DNA of 64,000 bases from NCBI GenBank assembly GCA_050951325.1, contig JBMNIW010000008.1, positions 224,001 through 288,000 on the forward strand, in the 5' to 3' direction. This DNA comes from Clostridia bacterium. GTDB taxonomy: Bacteria; Bacillota; Clostridia; UBA1212; DUPL01. How positions within the stretch are numbered: position 1 is the stretch's first letter; each line of letters starts with the position of its first letter. A program made the translations under genes and the position numbers. Under the pieces are notes generated by a model. It was given only the letters and a program-made list of their open reading frames with translations. It searched no databases and had not been told where the DNA came from. Below, in pieces: positions 52,268-61,757 of the stretch.

Positions 52268-52804
52268 TTAGATTTGATATAAAAAAACACCAGTCTCACC
52301 GTCTATCTCTTTTAGGCGGACTAGTACGTTTTCCATTCTGGAAGTTGGAATGTTCTTCCCTACAAAATCGGGACGGATAGGAAGTTCACGATGGCCTCTG
52401 TCAACCAAAACCGCAAGCTGTATCTTGGCTGCCCTGCCCTGGTCCATTACCGCATCCATGGCAGCACGTGCCGATCTACCCGTATAAATAACATCATCAA
52501 CCAAAACAACTTTTTTACCAATAAGCGAAAAAGGAATATCCGTATCGTTAATAACGGATTTCTTGGTGTAATTAGATAAATCATCCCTGTAGGATGTAAT
52601 GTCAAGAGCACCAAGATCAATCCTTACTCCCTCAATTTTGTAAATCGCATCTGCTATTCTTTTTGCAATAGGATAACCTTTCGATTTAATGCCTATAATG
52701 CAGAGATCTTCAGTACCATGATTTCTTTCGACTATCTGATGAGCAATACGAACAATAGCCCTTTCTACTGCTGTCTCGTCCATCATTTGTCCTTTCAACT
52801 TCAC
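52268..52804 (-). CDS. pyrR: Pyrimidine operon attenuation protein / uracil phosphoribosyltransferase
   Basis: RIAHQIVERN, LDITSYRDD, VLVDDVIYTGR, DRGHRELPIRPDFVGKNIPT; GTG start after GGAGG. Confidence 0.96.
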   Translation of the reverse strand: MKLKGQMMDETAVERAIVRIAHQIVERNHGTEDLCIIGIKSKGYPIAKRIADAIYKIEGVRIDLGALDITSYRDDLSNYTKKSVINDTDIPFSLIGKKVVLVDDVIYTGRSARAAMDAVMDQGRAAKIQLAVLVDRGHRELPIRPDFVGKNIPTSRMENVLVRLKEIDGETGVFLYQI

Positions 52805-52821
52805 AATCCTCACCTCCACAC

Positions 52822-52941
52822 AAAAAAAAGTCTTGCCTGATTCAGAGCAGACAAGACATACTGACATAAATATACAAGAATACACTTATACTATTTATCC
52901 CGATATCTTGTCGGCATCTGAGTGCCCACTTAAAAATATCG
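52822..52941 (-). promoter_or_regulatory. PyrR-type transcription attenuator leader
   Basis: Anti-antiterminator stem CGATATTTT...AAGATATCG, antiterminator pairing GACAAGA/TCTTGTC, terminator GTCTTGTCTG...CAGGCAAGAC-T8. Confidence 0.75.
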
Positions 52942-53025
52942 TACCCGAATGATAATAGCATTAATCAAAACAAATGTAAATACCCTAATGCAAAAATTTT
53001 TAATTTATTTTTTGCCTCCAACAAA

Positions 53026-53376
53026 CTACATAAAACTAAACAACATTCTTATCGCAGCAAGACTCGATTCGAGTTCTTCCGAAAACTGTGAAAAGAAACT
53101 TGCCATCGCCCCTGCAAATACTGTAATCAAAAGTATAAAACCAACTATGTTCAATACAAAGGATATAGCCAATATGATAAGATTTGCCTGACAATACCTT
53201 TTCCTGTTAACATTTCCTGCTCCAAATGCCCATACCAAAGTCATGATAAACCCAATACATGGAATCATTTGAACAATTAAAACAATAATCCAATCCTTGA
53301 GATCAAGAGGTTTATTATTAGGATCCTCATACTGCGGTGCATATTGGTAACCTTCATTCATATAATTGTTATCCAA
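53026..53376 (-). CDS. Small membrane protein
   Basis: W......IPCIGFIM.LVWAFG...N.NRK.YC.A pattern; two to three TM. Confidence 0.75.
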   Translation of the reverse strand: MDNNYMNEGYQYAPQYEDPNNKPLDLKDWIIVLIVQMIPCIGFIMTLVWAFGAGNVNRKRYCQANLIILAISFVLNIVGFILLITVFAGAMASFFSQFSEELESSLAAIRMLFSFM

Positions 53377-53454
53377 ATTAATTCATCCTTTCCTTTTTCT
53401 ATATATATACAGCAAAACCATCCACTGGTCAACTGTTTTTTCATGTCTTAACTG

Positions 53455-53901
53455 TTACTTGGACAAAACTGCTTTAAGCAATCGCACAAGCAAGTTTTCG
53501 TCATAATACACCATTGGCACCTGATTTGGAAAAACCAACGCCATCCTGACACAATAAACAACCATGGTAGTTATAAGTATAAAAACAAGCAGGGACTTCA
53601 GGCTTTTTGTATCTATAAACAAAACATATTTGAAAAGTGCATAAGCCATGGCATAAAAAACAAAACTTAGAATCATGGGATGCATAACAAGACTTTCAAC
53701 AATTCTGCCCTTAAACAGCAAAATTGCGGCCCTTGTCATGCCGCATCCTGCACAAGGAAGACCTGTAAGCAATACAAAAGGGCAGTATCTAGGCAAAAAG
53801 AAATTGGCTAATAACGAGTACAAACCAAAGACCAAAATTGCAGGTATCGCTATTCTCAAATCCTCCAAGAAGATTCCAATTCCCTTTCGCAGCCTTTTCA
53901 C
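53455..53901 (-). CDS. DUF2752-domain membrane protein
   Basis: CPF..LTGLPCAGCGMTRA...HP motif. Confidence 0.88.
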   Translation of the reverse strand: MKRLRKGIGIFLEDLRIAIPAILVFGLYSLLANFFLPRYCPFVLLTGLPCAGCGMTRAAILLFKGRIVESLVMHPMILSFVFYAMAYALFKYVLFIDTKSLKSLLVFILITTMVVYCVRMALVFPNQVPMVYYDENLLVRLLKAVLSK

Positions 53902-53981
53902 TCAATTCTTCCTTTCTTGAAATTTCGTCTATTATACCATATACTAACTTTTGAAATCAATACTGCCGGGAGTGAAGCTAA

Positions 53982-55721
53982 ATGAAACCACTTTTAATAT
54001 ACCCAACACCTAAAAAGGTTGAATACATGGAAGGTACAAGCAAGAAAACAAGCGAGATAGTAAAAATACATAAGGAATACAAAAATGAAGAAGAATACAG
54101 AATTGAGATAAAAGACGATACAATAAAACTGTTCGGAAGCGATGTAGGGTTGTTTCGGGCAGAAACTACCCTGAAGCTAATCTTATCGCAATGCAATTTA
54201 AGAATACCAAATTTAAAGATAAAAGACAGCCCTGATTTTAGTGTAAGAGGGGTAATGCTGGATATATCAAGAAGCAAGATACCCTCCATGGATACCCTTT
54301 ATCACATAATAGACATACTGGCTGATTTGAAAATAAATCAGCTGCAATTGTACATAGAAGGGTTTTCTTTTGCATATGAAAGCTTTCCCGATGTATGGAA
54401 AGACCAAACACCTGTCAAAGGAGAAGAAATACTTGAGATTGACAGATACTGCAGGGAAAGATACATCGAACTTGTTCCAAACCAGAATAGTTTTGGACAC
54501 ATGGGGCCTTGGCTTGCGAGGGAAGAGTTCAAAGACCTTGCAGAGTGTCCGGAGGGTTTTGAGTTTCAGGGTACTTTCATACCCACTCCCTTGTGTCTGA
54601 ATCCTCTTGATGACAGGTCTTTTGATTTTGTTAAGACCTTGTACGATGACCTTTTGCCTTACTTTTCATCAGACAAGTTCAATGTGGGATGCGATGAAAC
54701 CTTGGAACTTGGAAAAGGAAAAAGCAAAAGTCTTTGCGAAGAAGTTGGAGTTGGCAGAGTATACAAGAACTTTTTAATGAAAATCTATGAGGATGTTAAA
54801 AGAAGGGGAAAAACCATGATGTTCTGGGGAGATATTATCCTTTCCTACCCTGAACTTATACCCGAACTTCCCAAGGATGTAATTGCCCTTAACTGGGGGT
54901 ACCTGTCCACACAGCCAACTGAAGCAAGCTGCAAAATTTTCAAGGAAGCAAACATCCCGTTTTACACCTGTCCTGGAACTGCATCATGGAACAGCATCTG
55001 GGGTCAGACCGACCAGATGATAACCAACATAGACAATGCGGCAAGATACGGCAAAAAACACGGTGCCATTGGCCTTCTGAACACAGACTGGGGCGACAAT
55101 GGACACTTGCAGTACCTGCCTGTAAGTTATGCTGGTTTTGCATATGGAGCTGCAATGTCTTGGAATACAAGAAAAAGGAGCGAAAACTACAACAACCTTC
55201 CCAGGTATCTGACCAAATTCATATTTGAGGATGAGAGTGAATTAATGGGGAATCTGGTACTTGAAGCTGGTCTTTATCATACATATGAGGAAATCAAACA
55301 GAACAACATAACAAACCTTGTAAGGGTTCTGTACTCCCCTCTTGATGAAAAAGAATCTGTCAAAGGAACCACATCAGAGCATATTGCATCAAGAATTTAC
55401 CCGTATATCAATAAAATACTGTATTCATTGAATGAAACTAAAATGAAATGCAAGGATGCAAATCTTATAATCGATGAATATATAAACAGCGGAAGAATGC
55501 TCAAGTTTGCATGCCATCTTGCCTGCTACAAGCTTGGATACTATGGCCTTTTGGATTCCTTCCCGGATTCAGACATGACAAAGGATGAGTTTAAAAGTGT
55601 TCTTCTTGGCATGCAGGAAACAATAATGGATGAGCATAAAAGACTTTGGAAAATTAGAAATAGAAAAGGAGGCCTTGAAGACAGCCTCCGTGTTGTAACC
55701 AAAATTTTACCAGACAACTGA
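53982..55721 (+). CDS. GH20-family hexosaminidase
   Basis: RGVMLDISR, NQLQLYIE, PNQNSFGH, NVGCDE, TDWGDNGH. Confidence 0.88.
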   Translation: MKPLLIYPTPKKVEYMEGTSKKTSEIVKIHKEYKNEEEYRIEIKDDTIKLFGSDVGLFRAETTLKLILSQCNLRIPNLKIKDSPDFSVRGVMLDISRSKIPSMDTLYHIIDILADLKINQLQLYIEGFSFAYESFPDVWKDQTPVKGEEILEIDRYCRERYIELVPNQNSFGHMGPWLAREEFKDLAECPEGFEFQGTFIPTPLCLNPLDDRSFDFVKTLYDDLLPYFSSDKFNVGCDETLELGKGKSKSLCEEVGVGRVYKNFLMKIYEDVKRRGKTMMFWGDIILSYPELIPELPKDVIALNWGYLSTQPTEASCKIFKEANIPFYTCPGTASWNSIWGQTDQMITNIDNAARYGKKHGAIGLLNTDWGDNGHLQYLPVSYAGFAYGAAMSWNTRKRSENYNNLPRYLTKFIFEDESELMGNLVLEAGLYHTYEEIKQNNITNLVRVLYSPLDEKESVKGTTSEHIASRIYPYINKILYSLNETKMKCKDANLIIDEYINSGRMLKFACHLACYKLGYYGLLDSFPDSDMTKDEFKSVLLGMQETIMDEHKRLWKIRNRKGGLEDSLRVVTKILPDN

Positions 55722-56801
55722 TGGTTCTCCATGCAGGTTTGGCAGTGGATGAGGGCGAACCAAGGCTCCACCGTTTTCATAAGACTCAATGACCGCAAAG
55801 GTGGCCTCTAGGGTTGCCAATGCGTCTCTTCCAGAGGAACGGATGAATTCCTTTGGTACCTTTTTGGTTATATCCTCAAGGAATGCATGTATCCTTGTTG
55901 GGAAGGTGGAGTTGAAATCGGCTATGCCGGTATTCATGACAACGGGTGGGTTTGGAGCTTCACCCTTCTTCGGCGATTCCCAGAAAGTAAGTTTTTCCAC
56001 ACAGTTTTCAATGCAGAAAGTTCCCTTCGTTCCTGCCATTTCAAAGCTCCACCATCCACCAAGACCGAACATGGCATCTCCTCTTTGCGACAAAAGATAC
56101 CCGACAGAGCCATTCTCAAACCTGACATGTATCGAGTTTATAGACAACATCAAATCATCCGCACTCTTTCTTACACCAGGCTTGTTCAGAAAAGCCTGCA
56201 CATGAGTAATTTCACCGCAGAAATATCTCATGACTGAAAACGGATGTGCCAAAAATGCCTTCACATGGGAATATGGTCTCTGCCATCTGGGAGAAGCCAC
56301 GCCACCGTAAACATCCTCTCCGCCATTAAAGCCTACCTTGTGCAGACAGTATACAGGTTCTCCCACTTTACCTTCCTTGATATACTGCATTGCCCTGTCC
56401 GCAGGCTGGGTGAAATAGTGGTTCAGGTTGCATCCCAGATAAACATCTTTCTTTCTTGCCAGGTCAACCATTTCTCTTGCTTCTCTTACATCGTTTGATA
56501 TGGGCTTTTCAACCAGAACATTGTATCCCAAATCCAATGCATACATTGTTGGCTCATAGTGCCATGAACCATTCTCATATCCTGATGTGGTAACATCTAC
56601 AATATCAATATCTGGTCTGTCCTTTAGCATATCCTTTATCGAGTAATATGCCTTTACACCCCATCTTTCAGCAGCACTGTCTGCCTTTTCCTTAACTATG
56701 TCGCAAACCGCAACAAGTTCTGCCAGTTCATCATTTACATAGCAGCTTGCATGAACATTTCCTATACCACCCATACCTACAATACCAACTTTAAGCGCCA
56801 T
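55707..56801 (-). CDS. Gfo/Idh/MocA-family oxidoreductase
   Basis: GIVGMGGIG Rossmann motif, VEKPIS. Confidence 0.92.
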   Translation of the reverse strand: MALKVGIVGMGGIGNVHASCYVNDELAELVAVCDIVKEKADSAAERWGVKAYYSIKDMLKDRPDIDIVDVTTSGYENGSWHYEPTMYALDLGYNVLVEKPISNDVREAREMVDLARKKDVYLGCNLNHYFTQPADRAMQYIKEGKVGEPVYCLHKVGFNGGEDVYGGVASPRWQRPYSHVKAFLAHPFSVMRYFCGEITHVQAFLNKPGVRKSADDLMLSINSIHVRFENGSVGYLLSQRGDAMFGLGGWWSFEMAGTKGTFCIENCVEKLTFWESPKKGEAPNPPVVMNTGIADFNSTFPTRIHAFLEDITKKVPKEFIRSSGRDALATLEATFAVIESYENGGALVRPHPLPNLHGEPSVVW

Positions 56802-56811
56802 ACTAAACCTC

Positions 56812-57831
56812 CTATTCTGTAATGCTTTTAACCTTTACAGGCATATTCAACTCCAACGACTTGATAGCAGCGTGAATAACGCGGCTTGCTTCAAGACCAG
56901 CTTCACCGCTGCCATCTATTTCTTCAGGTTTTGCCCCATCATATATCTGATTTACAAATGATCCAATTCTGTCTTTGAAAGTATCGAAGAAACTTTCAAA
57001 CCCTCCAAATACAGGATTTGTATACACTTCCTTTAATGGATTGCCAGCTGGATACAAAACAGCTTCCCGCCACATATCCTCAAAAACAAGCCTTCCCTTG
57101 ACACCTGCCACTTCGCATCTTTCCATTGGATGTCCTCTTGCAATGTCATAGGAGCTTGTAAGATGTCCTACTGCGCCATTTGCAAACTTGATATTGACGG
57201 AAGCAGTAGACCAGATGCTCCTTCCGGGAGCTTTCATTGCATAGCAGTGGACTTCGTCAATATCTCCGCAGAAATACCTCATAATATCCACACTGTGTGG
57301 ATTCAATGCCTTCAAATGATAGTAGGGAGACTCAAAATCCTGAGGTTTTCCTATCCACAAGGCCATGTTGCAGAAAAGAAGGTCTCCTATCCTGCCTTCT
57401 TCCTGCCATTTCTTTGCCTGCCTTGCAGCAGGGGTGAACCTGTGGTTCAGATTTACACCCAGGCAAAGCCCCTTTTCTTTTGCAGTGTCAACCATGATTT
57501 GGCCATGCTTTATGCTGTTCGATATGGGCTTTTCACACAGGACATGGCTCCCATGCTCAAGAGCTATAATGCAGGGCTCAAAATGGTCGGAGCTATACTC
57601 ATAGCCTCCCGTACATATGCTGGTAATGTCTGGTTTAAGCTCCCTGAGCATGGTATCACAATTTAAGTAATACGGAACGTTGAATCTCTTTCCTCCATTG
57701 ATTGCCCTTTCGGGAATTATATCGCAGACTCCCACCAGTTCCACATTAGGTAGTTTTGAATAACATTCCGAGTGTATGTTTCCTATAGGTCCCATCCCTA
57801 TTACGCAGGCGCGTAACTTTTTATCCATCAT
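56812..57831 (-). CDS. Gfo/Idh/MocA-family oxidoreductase
   Basis: VIGMGPIG, CEKPIS, NHRF. Confidence 0.92.
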   Translation of the reverse strand: MMDKKLRACVIGMGPIGNIHSECYSKLPNVELVGVCDIIPERAINGGKRFNVPYYLNCDTMLRELKPDITSICTGGYEYSSDHFEPCIIALEHGSHVLCEKPISNSIKHGQIMVDTAKEKGLCLGVNLNHRFTPAARQAKKWQEEGRIGDLLFCNMALWIGKPQDFESPYYHLKALNPHSVDIMRYFCGDIDEVHCYAMKAPGRSIWSTASVNIKFANGAVGHLTSSYDIARGHPMERCEVAGVKGRLVFEDMWREAVLYPAGNPLKEVYTNPVFGGFESFFDTFKDRIGSFVNQIYDGAKPEEIDGSGEAGLEASRVIHAAIKSLELNMPVKVKSITE

Positions 57832-59219
57832 TTATTACCTTCTTTCTGCTGAAGGCGTTTTGCAGCTTCCGGATCCCCTATATGCAGAGTATCATACGCA
57901 TCCTTTGAAGACTTGAAAGCACCTTCTCCATAACCGTGCCAGTTCAGATTTGTGTACATCGGATTTTCCCTGCCGGTCTGACTGGTTCTCCTCAATATAT
58001 GTTTCTCCATCCTCTTCTTAAGCATCTCCACTACTTCAGGATTTTCGGAAGCCACATTGTGGTTTTCCCCAGGATCCTTTACCAGGTTGTACAACTCAAT
58101 CTCGGGTTTGAAGTGGAAATCCGGCTCAAGAGCAACAATAAGTTTCCACTCCGGTGTCCTCCAGCCGTGCTTTCTCATCCATGTGCATTCGGTGATGTAG
58201 AATTCGGGTTCGGGCTCTCTGTACTCTCCTCTTACAAGAGGCACAAGACTACTGCCTTGCAAAACATCCTTGTCATATTCAACATCCAGTATATCAAGAA
58301 GGGTTGGCACAATATCCTTAAGCTGGCAGTAATCCTTGATTCTCATGCCCTTTGGCAAACCCTTGTATTTAATAATCAGAGGAACATTCAATGTGCAGTC
58401 ATACAGACCGTGATGGTCGAAGTAGCAGTCATGCTCCATCAGCGTCTCTCCATGGTCGGAGGTAAATATTACAAGAGTCTCATCCTCTATTCCCAAAGCC
58501 TCAAGTTTCGTAAGAATGCTCTGAATGCACACATCCATGTAGGCTATGGCTGCATCATACTGGGCAATTATGTACTCCGCATCGGTGCAATAAGGTGGGA
58601 ACCAGGAATAGAAATAATCTCTGAAAGGCTTGAACTCATAAACCTTTTCCAGGGATTTGTTGTTCTTGTCAAACTCATCGCCCTGATAAAACATCTTGTG
58701 GAATGGTTCAGGCGGCAGATATGGCGAATGCGGATCCATATGCCTCATGAACAACATAAATGGTTTGCCTTCCTTGTGCAATCTTTCAAGTTCGGGTAAG
58801 GCCACCGCATTCAAGTTTTCCGCCTTGTGTGCCCTTCCGTCATCTGAAGCACCCCATCCCTCAAAGTCTATATATGTGTCAAATCCCCTTGATGCTGCAT
58901 TGCCTCTAAATCCAATGCATGTGGTGTTGTATCCGTAATCCTTGAGTATCTCAGGCAGTGTTCTTACACCTTCTGCAATTCCACCCACATGCCTTAAAGC
59001 CACTACATTTGTTCCGAAACAGTCCATTCCTGTCAGCATGGATGAATAACCACTGGTAGTAGGAATATGGGGACTGAAGCAGTGCTCGAACACAACCCCA
59101 CCCTGGGCATACTTGTCTATATGGGGTGTGGTGAGTCTTTTGTAGCCATAAAGACTCATATGGTCAGAGCGCAAACTATCAATACCAAAAAAAACAATAT
59201 TCGGTCTCTTCTTTGACAT
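57828..59219 (-). CDS. Sulfatase-like alkaline-phosphatase-superfamily hydrolase
   Basis: PNIVF..IDSLR.D, TTSGYSSMLTG, DPHSPY.PP, TSDHGE, ELYNL..DPGE..N; start ATG 59219 after GGAGG. Confidence 0.9.
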   Translation of the reverse strand: MSKKRPNIVFFGIDSLRSDHMSLYGYKRLTTPHIDKYAQGGVVFEHCFSPHIPTTSGYSSMLTGMDCFGTNVVALRHVGGIAEGVRTLPEILKDYGYNTTCIGFRGNAASRGFDTYIDFEGWGASDDGRAHKAENLNAVALPELERLHKEGKPFMLFMRHMDPHSPYLPPEPFHKMFYQGDEFDKNNKSLEKVYEFKPFRDYFYSWFPPYCTDAEYIIAQYDAAIAYMDVCIQSILTKLEALGIEDETLVIFTSDHGETLMEHDCYFDHHGLYDCTLNVPLIIKYKGLPKGMRIKDYCQLKDIVPTLLDILDVEYDKDVLQGSSLVPLVRGEYREPEPEFYITECTWMRKHGWRTPEWKLIVALEPDFHFKPEIELYNLVKDPGENHNVASENPEVVEMLKKRMEKHILRRTSQTGRENPMYTNLNWHGYGEGAFKSSKDAYDTLHIGDPEAAKRLQQKEGNK

Positions 59220-59233
59220 GAGTACTACCTCCT

Positions 59234-60031
59234 TTATCTTGCTCCAAGAATTTTCAAACAAGCATTCATATATCCATAGCTTTCCGCAGCTATAATTGAT
59301 GCTTCAACCAAATCAAGATCAGGACCAATAACCTCAAGACACACAGGACCTGAAAATTTTCCCTCCACCATTGCCTTGAAATAGCCAAAGAGGTTAATGT
59401 CTCCTCTGCCGCAGGCCTGGTTTGCAGGCTCACCAGGAGATGGTCCCAACCCCTTGCAGTCCCTTATATGTACATGCCTTACCCTGCTCAAGACACTTGG
59501 CAGCGCTTCCTCAGGCTTTTCTCCTGCCCTGTGTATGTGGCTTGGATCCATGTCAATTCCGAACCAGGGGTTGTCAATTTGCTCCATTGCATAAAGCGTG
59601 GTTGGTGTATTGTATATTGCCGCCCCCACATGAGCCTTAACACATAGTGTCACTTTGTACTGTGCGGCAAGCTCAGCCAGGGAATTAAGAGTCTCGACGG
59701 ATTGTTTCAAAGACACTTCGTCGTCAGACTTGCCTCCAGGACCTATATTTACAACCGGTATTCCAATTTCAGCACACGCTTCAAAAGCCTTTAACAGCCT
59801 GTCTCTATCAAGGGAGGCCACTTCCGTTGACAAAAGCTCAAGACCGAACTCGTCTGTAACTGATAGAATCTCGACCTTATCCTTTTTCCAGTCATCAAGG
59901 TTTAAATGCTCGCACATACCCTTGATGGCTGAAATCTCGATACCGTCGTATCCCGCCTTACCAATCGCCCTGCAAGCCTCTCTCAGGCTGTAGGCTTTAA
60001 ACAAAACAGTGTTGACACCAAGCTTAATCAT
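59234..60031 (-). CDS. Sugar phosphate isomerase/epimerase (xylose-isomerase-like TIM barrel)
   Basis: GYDGIEI, DPSH, HVHIRD, G.G.I, CLEV. Confidence 0.88.
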   Translation of the reverse strand: MIKLGVNTVLFKAYSLREACRAIGKAGYDGIEISAIKGMCEHLNLDDWKKDKVEILSVTDEFGLELLSTEVASLDRDRLLKAFEACAEIGIPVVNIGPGGKSDDEVSLKQSVETLNSLAELAAQYKVTLCVKAHVGAAIYNTPTTLYAMEQIDNPWFGIDMDPSHIHRAGEKPEEALPSVLSRVRHVHIRDCKGLGPSPGEPANQACGRGDINLFGYFKAMVEGKFSGPVCLEVIGPDLDLVEASIIAAESYGYMNACLKILGAR

Positions 60032-60039
60032 ATTTCCTC

Positions 60040-60879
60040 CTATCTGTTCATTAATTTTAAACTTTCTTCGTTGAACCTCATGACTCTCTCATAAGTCATC
60101 CCGGCAGTATCCTTGTTCGGATACTCAATAATGAATGGGAATCCTTCCGTGTAAGTATGATAAAGAGATAAAAATAAAGGCCAATCGATATCCCCGTCAC
60201 CAATAAGGCGACCGTAGGTATCGTTGACCTTTCTGTCTTTTCCGTGAAAATAGAAGACGTGATCTTTAAGGTATCTGAACATGTCTTCCTCTGAGGAATT
60301 AGCTATCAGGTTTGCTGGATCCAATAAGACCTTAACCCTGTCGGAACCTATCTGCTCGATAAAATCCCTCATTCTTTTCGCAGAAGGGATAACATCCAGT
60401 ACACAAGGCTCAATAGCGACATATTCATCATATTTCTCCGCCAGATCCGCCAAATACGAAACGCTTTCCTTAAGCAAATTAAAATCCGACTCGTATCTGT
60501 GCGCCTGTACTCCTCTTGAGTGCGGATCAAAGCCGCATTCAGTTGACAAACATTTTATACCTGCATGACTTGCCAACTCCATATGTTTGGCAAAGTAATC
60601 CAGATTTGCCTTTCTTGCTTCCGGCTCCTTTTCTATAAGGTTGGTGAATACACCAAGCGCAGAAACATCAACACTCTGCTTTCTGTAGGATTCTACGATT
60701 CCAAGAAATCTGTCAAGTGTCATATCGGACAAGTCCGTCCTCCCGTTATACCTCCAGTAATTCGAATCATTCTGGACAAGACAAAGTTCCGTACACTTGT
60801 AACCTATCTCTGCAATCATGCGAGCAGCTTCCTCATTCGTCAAGCCTGTAAAACTTCTGGTTGTTATCCCAATATTCAT
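60040..60879 (-). CDS. Sugar phosphate isomerase/epimerase (TIM barrel)
   Basis: AIEP, DPAN, HGKD, GDGDIDW, IIEY. Confidence 0.88.
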   Translation of the reverse strand: MNIGITTRSFTGLTNEEAARMIAEIGYKCTELCLVQNDSNYWRYNGRTDLSDMTLDRFLGIVESYRKQSVDVSALGVFTNLIEKEPEARKANLDYFAKHMELASHAGIKCLSTECGFDPHSRGVQAHRYESDFNLLKESVSYLADLAEKYDEYVAIEPCVLDVIPSAKRMRDFIEQIGSDRVKVLLDPANLIANSSEEDMFRYLKDHVFYFHGKDRKVNDTYGRLIGDGDIDWPLFLSLYHTYTEGFPFIIEYPNKDTAGMTYERVMRFNEESLKLMNR

Positions 60880-60899
60880 TTTTTCACCTCACTAAGGAT

Positions 60900-61667
60900 T
60901 TATACGCTTCTCAAAACTTCCAGTGCAGTTTTGCCTTCCTTTACCAGATCTCTAATAACTGCTTCAACGCTAATTCTACCTTCAAACCCTATCTCCCTCA
61001 GGATGTCAAAGAACTCCTGATATCTGTCCTCGGTGGGACTAGCTGGAGCAGGCCTTCCGGGTATTGAATAAGCAGATACATGCACATGCACAAGGTCCTT
61101 TCCTACTTCCTTCAAGGAATTAAGATCTTCTTTGTTGTTCATCATATGAAAAAAATCTGCCATGACTTTTATGTAGTCGCTTCCGACTCTTCTTGATACC
61201 TCCAAAGCATCAAGTACGGTATTGACAACATTAGTCTCCGCATAGGACAAAGGCTCAATACCAACCACTATGTTGTACCTGCCTGCAATATCGCCGACAA
61301 TCCTCAAAGCATTACTGAAATCCTCAATAGCCTTTTCATGAGAATATCCTTCGGAATACTTTCTACTTCTACCGCTTCCAAGAATGCAGGTATCAATACC
61401 CAGCCTCGATGCCCTTCCAAGAGCCAGATTCGTATACTCCGCTATTTGCTTAGCATTAAAATCCGGCCATACAACCCTTATATGGGCTGGGAAGAATCCG
61501 TTGGCAGCCTCAATCTTGACATCGCTCTTTGCATTCTCCTCGTAGAGTTTTTCAAACTCTTCATCGCTCATATCAGCAATTCCTGCTAGAGACACCTCCG
61601 CATAATCACAGTCAATTTCCTTCAAATATTTTATTTGGTTGACTCCAACACAAATACCAAACTTCAT
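60900..61667 (-). CDS. Sugar epimerase (D-psicose/tagatose 3-epimerase-like TIM barrel)
   Basis: GIEPL..AE.N.VNT, DFFHM, HVHV, ISVEA. Confidence 0.85.
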   Translation of the reverse strand: MKFGICVGVNQIKYLKEIDCDYAEVSLAGIADMSDEEFEKLYEENAKSDVKIEAANGFFPAHIRVVWPDFNAKQIAEYTNLALGRASRLGIDTCILGSGRSRKYSEGYSHEKAIEDFSNALRIVGDIAGRYNIVVGIEPLSYAETNVVNTVLDALEVSRRVGSDYIKVMADFFHMMNNKEDLNSLKEVGKDLVHVHVSAYSIPGRPAPASPTEDRYQEFFDILREIGFEGRISVEAVIRDLVKEGKTALEVLRSV

Positions 61668-61757
61668 AATACACCTCCACGTCTTTTATAAACTCTTCTG
61701 AATTGTAACATACAATCAGAATATTTCAATTGCAAAACATGCTCTTTTAATATCATT

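Noticed and set aside
57936-58799. Long antisense ORFs (e.g. 287 aa here, 4050-4592, 51212-51778, 57130-57666)
   Set aside because: Shadows of well-supported genes on the opposite strand, with no motifs or RBS
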